Below the pieces are notes generated by a model, which saw only the letters and a program-made list of their open reading frames with translations, made no database searches and was not told the origin of the DNA. A stretch of DNA of 64,000 bases from Macrostomum lignano (Eukaryota), in NCBI GenBank assembly GCA_002269645.1, contig NIVC01000694.1:62001-126000 (forward strand). The letters are read 5' to 3'. This document shows positions 11,563-22,742 of the stretch, piece by piece (positions within the stretch are counted from its first letter, which is position 1; the number at the start of each line of letters is the position of its first letter). A program made the translations under genes and the position numbers.

Positions 11563-13074
11563 CGGGCGGCAAAGCGCTTGGTCCGGACGAGGTGCCCACC
11601 GAGGCGCTGCGGATCCACTGCGAGGCCACTGAGGTCGTCAGAGTGATGAACCGCGTGCTTTCCGGTGAGGTGGCGCCAAACGAATGGACCACGGCGCACA
11701 TCGTCGCCATTCCAAAGAAGCTGGGCACCACCAAGCTCGAGGAGCATCGAGGCATCTGCCTACAGTCCTGCGCCGCGAAGCTGTTCAACCGCATGCTGCT
11801 ATCGCGGCTACAGCCTGTGCTGGACCCGTACCTGCGGCCTGAGCAGAACGGATTCCGGCCCCATCGCGGCACAGTGACGCAGATCCTGGCTCCGGCGAGT
11901 CATCGAGGAGGCGCGCATCCGCCAGTTGACCCTGATCCTGATCTTCGTCGATTTCAGGAAGGCCTTCGACTCGGTCGTGAGGGACGCGCTCCCAGAGGTG
12001 CTCCGTGCGTACAACGTGCCAGAGCTGCTGATTTCTGCTGTCATGGCGCTGTACCACGGCACGACGGCTGCTGTCTCAACACCGGACGGCCTATCGGATT
12101 TCTTCGAGACATCCTCCGGGGTGCTCCAGGGAGATACGCTAGCGCCGTTCCTATTTATTCTGGTGCTTGACTGGGTGCTACGGACTGCTCTGCCTTCCAA
12201 CGACGACGGCTTCCTGCTGCGGCGACGCGTGGGTCGACGCCAACCGGAGAGACGGCTCAGCGTGCTTGGCTACGCCGATGACCTCGCCCTGCTGTCCTCA
12301 ACCGTCGAGGGCGCCCAACGACAACTGGATAGGCTGGTTGCCGTTGCGGCGAGCGTCGGCCTGGTGGTCAACACGCAGAAGACCGTCGTGCTATGCGTGC
12401 CGGATGACACCGAGGCTGCAATCTTCTGCCGAGGCGCTGACGGACAGGCGAGTGAGCTTCCAAGATGTCAGCAGTTCGTCTACCTCGGCGGTCTGGTTCC
12501 CGACGTTCGCGAGGATCTGCGGCGTCGCCGAGGACTTGCCTGGGCTGCCTTTCGTTCTATAAGGTCAGTCCTGCAGTCCGAGGCCCTACCGGACCGCCAG
12601 AGGGCGGCGCTGTTCCAGGCGGTGATCGAAACCGTCCTGTTATACAACGCCGAGACCTGGACGCTGACAGACTCGCTCGAGGCTCAAGTCGACGCGGCGC
12701 ACGCTGGCCTGCTGCGCGCCGCCTTCAAGATCGGCAACGAGCGAGTCACCAACACGGCGCTCTATCATCGCGCCGGCCTGGCCCGTCCTAGCGATCTGCT
12801 GCGCCGTCGGCGACTCCAGCTGGCAGGCCACGTCATCCGCGCCGAGGCCTACTGCCCGGAGCCGGTGCAGGAGGTGCTGCTACTTACGTTGCAGGCACCC
12901 TACCGGCGGGGACAGGCGAGGACACGGCGCTACGTCGACTGTCTGCTGGCTGACGCCGGCGCCCCGGACTCTGCCGGCGGTGCGGCCTTTGTTCGCGCCC
13001 AAGCCTCGAAGCGCGCCATCTGACGCTGCTTTTGCGAACCGGCAGCGTACTCTGTTGTTTGTTGTTGTTGTTTG
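11563..13074 (+). mobile_element. 5'-truncated RTE-type LINE (RT only)
   Basis: RT motifs GPDEV, IPKK..HRGICL, EQNGFRPHR, FVDFRKAFDSV, GVLQGDTLAPFLF, GYADDL, FVYLG; frameshift near 11890; stop 13023; (TTG)n-like tail; 7-bp TSD TTACATC at 11556-11562 and 13075-13081. Confidence 0.92.
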
Positions 13075-13534
13075 TTACATCAAATTAACATCTGCATTGC
13101 CCCCGTATCAGACATGCATCTAGTGGTGCAGCCTCGTTGCGACAACCTCAGTTTCACGAATCATCCAGAATGATCTCGCATGCAAGATGTAGGCCCAGCA
13201 ACAATTGCTTATCTCTTCGCCCCGCAGTATATGACTTCTATAGGCGGATCTCTCTCTCTCTCTTTCTTTAGCCCTTAAATATGACGTGGCATCTACTATA
13301 TTAAACGATCTAAAGTCAAATTTGGTCCTCGCACACTCTCTTCTGCCTTATGTCTTGGTATTTGAAGTCTAGCTTGCAGGGCAGTTGACTGCAGGATGTG
13401 CACTGCGGAACAATTGTTTATAACAGCTTGCGACACCCCACTTTGACCAAATTCAAGCTAAGCACCGTTTGTCAATCAGTGAAACGAGATGAACAAAACT
13501 GATATTACCTTTCAGTTTGGTTTCATCGCATCAG

Positions 13535-13660
13535 TTAACAATTAGCCCCCTTCAAATAGTTAAAACACCAAGGATACAGCCAGCAGTAGGACGAGGACAG
13601 AGCGACAGCCAAGCTGACAGCCAAGGCGAACAACACGCAAGTCTGTTGTTTTGGTGCCAT
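13535..13660 (-). CDS. Candidate 41-aa secreted peptide
   Basis: MAPKQQTCVLFALAVSLAVALSSSYCWLYPWCFNYLKGANC: a hydrophobic signal-like stretch then a Cys/Trp-rich tail. No homology recognised. Confidence 0.25.
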   Translation of the reverse strand: MAPKQQTCVLFALAVSLAVALSSSYCWLYPWCFNYLKGANC

Positions 13661-13670
13661 GTGGGTGAGG

Positions 13671-16600
13671 ATAAATGTATATATCGAACCCGCAAAACAC
13701 CCACCCCACTCCCTGATAAATTTATACAACGAACCCGCAAAGCACCCAACCCACTCCCTGATAAATGTATATCGAACCCGCAAAACACCCACCCCACTCC
13801 CTGATAAATTTATATATCGAACCCGCAAAACACCCACCCCACTCCCTGAAAAATGTATATATCGAACCGCAAAACACCCGCCCCACTCCCTGATAAATGT
13901 ATATCGAACCCGCAAAACACCCGCCCCACTCCCTGATAAATGTATATCGAACCCGCAAAACACCCACCCCACTCCCTGATAAATTTATATATCGAACCCG
14001 CAAAACACCCACCCCACTCCCTGATAAATGTATATATCGAACCCGCAAAACACCCACCCCACTCCCTGATAAATGTATATATCGAACCCGCAAAACACCC
14101 ACCCCACTCCCTGATAAATGTATATATCGAACCCGCAAAACACCCACCCACTCCCTGATAAATGTATATATCGAACCCGCAAAACACCCACCCCACTCCC
14201 TGATAAATGTATATATCGAACCCGCAAAACACCCACCCCACTCCCTGATAAATGTATATATCGAACCCGCAAAACACCCACCCCACTCCCTGATAAATGT
14301 ATATCGAACCCGCAAAACACCCACCACACTCCCTGATAAATGTATATATCGAACCCGCAAAACACCCACCCCACTCCCTGATAAATGTATATATCGAACA
14401 CGCAAAACACCCACCCCACTCCCTGATAAATGTATATATCGAACCCGCAAAACACCCACCCCACTCCCTGATAAATTTATACAACGAACCCGCAAAGCAC
14501 CCAACCCACTCCCTGATAAATGTATATATCGAACCCGCAAAACACCCACCCCACTCCCTGATAAATGTATATATCGAACCCGCAAAACACCCACCCCACT
14601 CCCTGATAAATTTATACAACGAACCCGCAAAGCACCCAACCCACTCCCTGATAAATGTATATCGAACCCGCAAAACACCCACCCCACTCTCTGATAAATT
14701 TATATATCGAACCCGCAAAACACCCACCCCACTCCCTGAAAAATGTATATATCGAACCGCAAAACACCCGCCCCACTCCCTGATAAATGTATATCGAACC
14801 CGCAAAACACCCGCCCCACTCCCTGATAAATGTATATCGAACCCGCAAAACACCCACCCCACTCCCTGATAAATGTATATATCGAACCCGCAAAACACCC
14901 ACCCCACTCCCTGATAAATGTATATATCGAACCCGCAAAACACCCACCCCACTCCCTGATAAATTTATACAACGAACCCGCAAAGCACCCAACCCACTCC
15001 CTGATAAATGTATATATCGAACCCGCAAAACACCCACCCCACTCCCTGATAAATGTATATATCGAACCCGCAAAACACCCACCCCACTCCCTGAAAAATG
15101 TATATATCGAACCGCAAAACACCCGCCCCACTCCCTGATAAATGTATATCGAACCCGCAAAACACCCGCCCCACTCCCTGATAAATGTATATCGAACCCG
15201 CAAAACACCCACCCCACTCCCTGATAAATGTATGCATCGAACCCGCAAAACACCCACCCCACTCCCTGATAAATGTATATATCGAACCCGCAAAAAACCC
15301 ACCCCACTCCCTGATAAATGTATATATCGAACCCGCAAAACACCCACCCCACTCCCTGATAAATGTATATATCGAACCCGCAAAACACCCACCCCACTCC
15401 CTGATAAATGTATATATCGAACCCGCAAAACACCCACCCCACTCCCTGATAAATTTATACAACGAACCCGCAAAGCACCCAACCCACTCCCTGATAAATG
15501 TATATCGAACCCGCAAAACACCCACCCCACTCCCTGATAAATTTATATATCGAACCCGCAAAACACCCACCCCACTCCCTGATAAATGTATATATCGAAC
15601 CCGCAAAACACCCACCCCACTCCCTGATAAATGTATATCGAACCCGCAAAACACCCGCCCCACTCCCTGATAAATGTATATCGAACCCGCAAAACACCCG
15701 CCCCACTCCCTGATAAATGTATATATCGAACCCGCAAAACACCCACCCCACTCCCTGATAAATGTATATATCGAACCCGCAAAACACCCACCCCACTCCC
15801 TGATAAATTTATACAACGAACCCGCAAAGCACCCAACCCACTCCCTGATAAATGTATATATCGAACCCGCAAAACACCCACCCCACTCCCTGATAAATGT
15901 ATATATCGAACCCGCAAAACACCCACCCCACTCCCTGATAAATTTATACAACGAACCCGCAAAACACCCACCCCACTCCCTGATAAATTTATACAACGAA
16001 CCCGCAAAGCACCCAACCCACTCCCTGATAAATGTATATATCGAACCCGCAAAACACCCACCCCACTCCCTGATAAATGTATATATCGAACCCGCAAAAC
16101 ACCCACCCCACTCCCTGATAAATTTATACAACGAACCCGCAAAGCACCCAACCCACTCCCTGATAAATGTATATCGAACCCGCAAAACACCCACCCCACT
16201 CCCTGATAAATTTATATATCGAACCCGCAAAACACCCACCCCACTCCCTGAAAAATGTATATATCGAACCGCAAAACACCCGCCCCACTCCCTGATAAAT
16301 GTATATCGAACCCGCAAAACACCCGCCCCACTCCCTGATAAATGTATATCGAACCCGCAAAACACCCACCCCACTCCCTGATAAATGTATATATCGAACC
16401 CGCAAAACACCCACCCCACTCCCTGATAAATGTATATATCGAACCCGCAAAACACCCACCCCACTCCCTGATAAATGTATGCATCGAACCCGCAAAACAC
16501 CCACCCCACTCCCTGATAAATGTATGCATCGAACCCGCAAAACACCCACCCCACTCCCTGATAAATGTATATATCGAACCCGCAAAACACCCACCCCACT

Positions 16601-17840
16601 CCCTGATAAATGTATATATCGAACCCGCAAAACACCCACCCCACTCCCTGATAAATGTATACATCGAACCCGCAAAACACCCACCCCACTCCCTGATAAA
16701 TGTATATATCGAACCCGCAAAACACCCACCCCACTCCCTGATAAATGTATACATCGAACCCGCAAAACACCCACCCCACTCCCTGATAAATGTATATATC
16801 GAACCCGCAAAACACCCACCCCACTCCCTGATAAATGTATATATCGAACCCGCAAAACACCCACCCCACTCCCTGATAAATGTATATATCGAACCCGCAG
16901 AACACCCACCCCACTCCCTGATAAATGTATATATCGAACCCGCAAAACACCCACCCCACTCCCTGATAAATGTATATATCGAACCCGCAAAACACCCACC
17001 CCACTCCCTGATAAATGTATATATCGAACCCGCAAAAACCCCACCCCACTCCCTGATAAATGTATATATCGAACCCGCAAAACACCCACCCCACTCCCTG
17101 ATAAATGTATATATCGAACCCGCAAAACACCCACCCCACTCCCTGATAAATGTATATATCGAACCCGCAAAACACCCACCCCACTCCCTGATAAATGTAT
17201 ATATCGAACCCGCAAAACACCCACCCCACTCCCTGATAAATGTATATATCGAACCCGCAAAAAACCCACCCCACTCCCTGATAAATGTATATATCGAACC
17301 CGCAAAACACCCACCCCACTCCCTGATAAATGTATATATCGAACCCGCAAAACACCCACCCCACTCCCTGATAAATGTATATATCGAACCCGCAAAACAC
17401 CCACCCCACTCCCTGATAAATGTATATATCGAACCCGCAAAACACCCACCCCACTCCCTGATAAATGTATATATCGAACCCGCAAAACACCCACCCCACT
17501 CCCTGATAAATGTATATATCGAACCCGCAAAACACCCACCCCACTCCCTGATAAATGTATATATCGAACCCGCAAAACACCCACCCCACTCCCTGATAAA
17601 TGTATACATCGAACCCGCAAAACACCCACCCCACTCCCTGATAAATGTATATATCGAACCCGCAAAACACCCACCCCACTCCCTGATAAATGTATATATC
17701 GAACCCGCAAAACACCCACCCCACTCCCTGATAAATGTATATATCGAACCCGCAAAACACCCACCCCACTCCCTGATAAATGTATATATCGAACCCGCAA
17801 AACACCCACCCCACTCCCTGATAAATGTATACATCGAACC
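13671..17840. repeat. 45/43-bp satellite, ~94 units, with higher-order structure in the left part
   Basis: Unit ATAAATGTATATATCGAACCCGCAAAACACCCACCCCACTCCCTG. Confidence 0.98.
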
Positions 17841-18333
17841 AAAGATCGCCATCCAGGCGGTGAAGGCCCACCCAACTGGCGTGAAACTGCTGTTAGTAAA
17901 CGCGCCTCGTTTGCTCCAAGAGCGAATTCCGCTCATATTGCCGGGCTCGAACAGGCCAATTTTCTGCCCGATCTCAAGACCAAAGATAGCTGGTTGCTAT
18001 ATGCTAAACACCAGGGCGAAGCTTGAGCACAGCAGTAGGATGCACTTTCCAACTCGCACCGAGCAAATTGTGTCTGGAAACAGTCAATTGAATGCGTTCT
18101 GCATTCTTAAGTATGGATCGAAATCTGCATCAAAATCTGTCGTGAAGAAGGATAACTAGAGCGTGTCTGAATTAGTTGATTAGGAGTACATGTAGGTTTC
18201 TATTTAATTGATTGGTTGTCCAATTGAAGCGGTTGTCCATTTAAATCTTTGTTTTCCAATATCAGCAAAAATAGACAGCAAATTTTCAACCTTGTGTGCA
18301 CGAACTCGATTTTGTATGATTATATTGTTGCAT

Positions 18334-18835
18334 GTTGCATGATTACAAACATGTTTGGCATGGCGTGATGTTGCATGATTACAAACATGTTTGGCATGGC
18401 GTGATGTTGCATGATTACAAACATGTTTGGCATGGCGTGATGTTGCATGATTACAAACATGTTTGGCATGGCGTGATGTTGCATGATTACAAACATGTTT
18501 GGCATGGCGTGATGTTGCATGATTACAAACATGTTTGGCATGGCGTGATGTTGCATGATTACAAACATGTTTGGCATGGCGTGATGTTGCATGATTACAA
18601 ACATGTTTGGCATGGCGTGATGTTGCATGATTACAAACATGTTTGGCATGGCGTGATGTTGCATGATTACAAACATGTTTGGCATGGCGTGATGTTGCAT
18701 GATTACAAACATGTTTGGCATGGCGTGATGTTGCATGATTACAAACATGTTTGGCATGGCGTGATGTTGCATGATTACAAACATGTTTGGCATGGCGTGA
18801 TGTTGCATGATTACAAACATGTTTGGCATGGCGTG
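18334..18835. repeat. 36-bp minisatellite, ~14 perfect units
   Basis: Unit GTTGCATGATTACAAACATGTTTGGCATGGCGTGAT; contains palindrome AAACATGTTT. Confidence 0.98.
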
Positions 18836-19236
18836 TGGCACAGTGCGAGTTCTGGTTCTCTCAGAACTGCCCTGAAGAACAAACTCACGAATGTCACCGA
18901 CACTTTGTTCATAATTTCCTTTATTCTGGTCCCTATTAGATACATGTATGCTCAAATAACATCTTGACATTTATTTAATAATGCGCTTGTAACTCTCGCA
19001 AAAAAACACCTTGCCTTCTTTTTCATTCTTTCACCATCTATATTGCCACTCCAAGTGAAGTTGAGTCAATGTATTGGAATTCAATATTTCATACAGCAAT
19101 GTAGACTCAGGCCCATACATGCAACCTGACATTAACTGGCAATCCGAAATTTTAACGACTGTCACTTGAGTAAGTTATCGCGAGAGTTTGTCGATTGATT
19201 TTTTTTAAATCACGCTGACTCGGCGACCCGTGGCCC

Positions 19237-19751
19237 CTATTTCCTCCAGGCCCTGTAGTAGCAGTAGCAGGTGGGGCACTTGCCGCAGTGGTACCTGGCC
19301 GGCTTGGTCAGGTCGACGATTCGCTTGCTCCGATTCACCGGATTCGGGTCCATGTCCACCACGTGGATTTCGAACTTGTGGCCGGGCAGCGCCTCGTCAA
19401 TCGGCCTTGCGGGCAGCTGCCTGCACAGGCGGCACTCCTGGCAGATGCCGCATATGAACTGCAGCTCGGACTCGCTGACCCTCACAAAATAGCTGTCTTC
19501 TGTGGGTTGAGCGATTTCTCTTTTGAGCAGCAAAAAACCATTTTACCTGAGCCTGAAGATCTGGTAGGGCCAAAGGCTGAGGATCTGAGAGGGGGATCAA
19601 GACTGAGGATCTGGGTCTGGCCAAGCCTGAAGATCTGGGAGGCTGGCCAAGCCTGAGGATCTGGGAGGCTGGTCTCAACTGCCTCGAGAGCCGCTATCAA
19701 GCAGTACGTCAAGTACAAACGCCAGACGCACCCTGAGTTGCCGCAGAGCAT
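19237..19751 (-). CDS. Candidate secreted Cys-rich protein, ~156 aa; exons 19751-19547 and 19499-19237
   Basis: Signal-like MLCGNSGCVWRLYLTYCLIAALEA; phase-1 join TCAG|GTAAAA..CACAG|AA across a 47-nt intron; exon 2 GC-rich with CxxCxxCxxC and CxxCxxCxC clusters and an RSKR site. The splice model is inferred. Confidence 0.5.
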
Positions 19752-20442
19752 GCCAGAGCCACCGACACTAGCAGAACGGTGAGAAGGCGCCGGTAATGCA
19801 TGTTCCAGCTAATAAATGATCTGGTAGGGACTAGAGGCGTGTAAGGCTCCACCGATGGTTTTCGAAAGCAGAATTTCAATCCTTTTATCGAAGCAATTCG
19901 GCAAATTGAAATCGGAACCACGGCTGGGGCTGGCGGTAAATTTGATGCTTCAGGCCAATCTCGCACTGGTTCGATCCCGAAAGCCGCCTCCGCATCGCAG
20001 CAGCCCAGCTTCCAGTTTCAAGAAATGAGTGCCAATTTGAAGAATTGGCAGATACTTTGATGCAGATCTCCATCCGCTGTCAACGCAGCGCAGAATTGGC
20101 GAGATCGAGTAATGAAAACCCCGGTATGGAATTTCAAAATCCCTAATTAGCTGCCTGCTGATGCGATCCGAATTTCAATTTAACTTCGATTAGTCGTGTA
20201 AATAGAAAGCCATTGAGCCGGACAACTTTGGCAAGCTGGCTTCTCCGTTCGCATCTCTTCCTTTCCAGTACTTTAGTTTCAGTAGTGATTGCCGTCCTCA
20301 ATCACCAGTAAAGAACTCTAAAGACGTAGCAACCTAGCACCTGAAAGAAACGTAGATTGCAAGTGAGGATTCGCTTTGAATTGGACCTGTGCTGTTGCTG
20401 GCACACCGCACTGTCACGGATCAAAACCACTTGAAAGTGGCA

Positions 20443-21348
20443 TGTAGAGCATCATTCATAAAATGCTACTGTAAGTAGAGTAATGCAAACATGCGCAGCG
20501 AAACTATGAAGCATGCTACTATAGCAAGATGTATCATGTTACTACTTATGATGAAAGATGAATCGTCTTACTACGAGCTATTTACAGCAAAAGAGAAATC
20601 ATGTTACTATTAATATGTCGAAAAACTTGCCAAAAAATACAAGCCAAAATCCTAGCTGAGATCTCAGACTCGGAGCAGCCTCCAAAGATCTTGAGCTTGC
20701 CGAAGCAGCTAAGCGAGGCTATATCTCTGAGGGAGAAGTAAACTAATTAGTGAGCCTTTGTTCGAGTATTCGTTATTTGATTATTGAGAGCGGTTTTATT
20801 GCCGGCCGTTACTGATCAGTTGATTTTACTGAGTCTATTGAATTTGAGGCCTCCCTATTCCTAAGGGATTGGATAGGATCTGCGGACCGATTCCGACAAA
20901 CTTAGAGGATTATTGATTGATTAATTTTGATACCATAGAGTAACCGATAGGTGCATACGACTCCGATTCCGTTATTTCTAGAAGAAGACGCCCTTTCTGG
21001 AGGACCTCGTTATTGTTATAGAGTTGACTTTGTTATTAGGGCGCATCGCTGATTCTGCACTCGGGGAATATTTTGATTTCGGCAATCGAGGAATACTTCG
21101 ACGTCGACGGATTTTTTGTTACGCTCTCACGTTCGGCCGATTTTTAGAATTCAAGAAGACTGCTCCGGAGGAAGAAGCTTTGAAGAAACGAGCTCGGAGA
21201 ACCTGCCCGACAAAGAAGAGGAGCCCGCATCAGTAAGTGAACACTGAATTCTGTTCCCAGGCTGAGGTCTGGAAGTGGGAGTTCGTGCGTTTAGACACTA
21301 GAATTAGGTCTCTCCCTCTCTCTCTAGTGTGCTAAAGCGAACTCTTCA
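20443..21348. mobile_element. Solo LTR (906 bp)
   Basis: Begins TGTAGAG and ends CTCTTCA (TG..CA, 6/7 inverted match); 4-bp TSD GGCA at 20439-20442 and 21349-21352; removing it restores an intact 61-bp repeat junction. Confidence 0.85.
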
Positions 21349-22209
21349 GGCAGACATCTCTGTTGTTGCTGGCACACCGCACTGTCACAGGTCAAAGCCA
21401 GTTGAAAGTGGCAGACATCTCTGTTGTTGCTGGCACACCGCACTGTCACAGGTCCAAGCCAGTTGAAAGTGGCAGACATCTCTGTTGTTGCTGGCACACC
21501 GCACTGTCACAGGTCCAAGCCAGTTGAAAGTGGCAGACATCTCTGTTGTTGCTGGCACACCGCACTGTCACAGGTCCAAGCCAGTTGAAAGTGGCAGACA
21601 TCTCTGTTGTTGCTGGCACACCGCACTGTCACAGGTCCAAGCCAGTTGAAAGTGGCAGACATCTCTGTTGTTGCTGGCACACCGCACTGTCACAGGTCCA
21701 AGCCAGTTGAAAGTGGCAGACATCTCTGTTGTTGCTGGCACACCACACTGTCACAGGTCAAAGCCAGTTGAAAGTGGCAGACATCTCTGTTGTTGCTGGC
21801 ACACCGCACTGTCACAGGTCCAAGCCAGTTGAAAGTGGCAGACATCTCTGTTGTTGCTGGCACACCGCACTGTCACAGGTCCAAGCCAGTTGAAAGTGGC
21901 AGACATCTCTGTTGTTGCTGGCACACCGCACTGTCACAGGTCCAAGCCAGTTGAAAGTGGCAGACATCTCTGTTGTTGCTGGCACACCGCACTGTCACAG
22001 GTCAAAGCCAGTTGAAAGTGGCAGACATCTCTGTTGTTGCTGGCACACCGCACTGTCACAGGTCAAAGCCAGTTGAAAGTGGCAGACATCTCTGTTGTTG
22101 CTGGCACACCGCACTGTCACAGGTCAAAGCCAGTTGAAAGTGGCAGACATCTCTGTTGTTGCTGGCACACCGCACTGTCACAGGTCCAAGCCAGTTGAAA
22201 GTGGCAGAC
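21349..22209. repeat. 61-bp minisatellite, ~14 units (plus one diverged unit at ~20378-20442)
   Basis: Unit GGCAGACATCTCTGTTGTTGCTGGCACACCGCACTGTCACAGGTC(C/A)AAGCCAGTTGAAAGT. Confidence 0.97.
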
Positions 22210-22742
22210 GGGCACAGAACACATTGGTTGCAAAACTGTCATACTTCTAAAGCTGAAAATCCTATCGGCAATGACCATTTCGAGTGCCCAATTCAAAACG
22301 TAAAACCAGTTAAAGGATGGAACTGAAGGAAACATGCCTTCTCAAAACATTTCTTCATAAACTTTATCAAGCATCCCAACCTGTTGGGTGACGACTCAAG
22401 CTGCAGCAGGCAGTGTGCGAATCACAGAAATGAAATAGAAGAATTGCGCAATCAATCGCAAAACTTGCAAAATCGCACCGACAGAGCAGGTTTGGCAATT
22501 ATTCAATTTGTTTATTTGGCGTGCAAAATACTTGGCTGCTGAAGAGGAACTCCCAAGGCGATCTACACTGACTCGACAAGCAATGAACTTATTTAAAGCA
22601 CCTGGTAATTGCAGCATGCAGGCTGACTGACAACAGGGGAAATGCCGGGACCGGAGCTTGCAAAATTAGCAGCCTGGGCTGGCACTGGAGTCACCGAGAG
22701 CAACATTCAATGTCACCAAGCAGGCGCTGGCACCGCAGCAGC

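Noticed and set aside
13535-18159. Very long ORFs (up to 968 aa) in five frames across the 45-bp satellite
   Set aside because: The unit length is a multiple of 3 and stop-free frames over 15 codons are common by chance; frames switch at every 43-bp variant.
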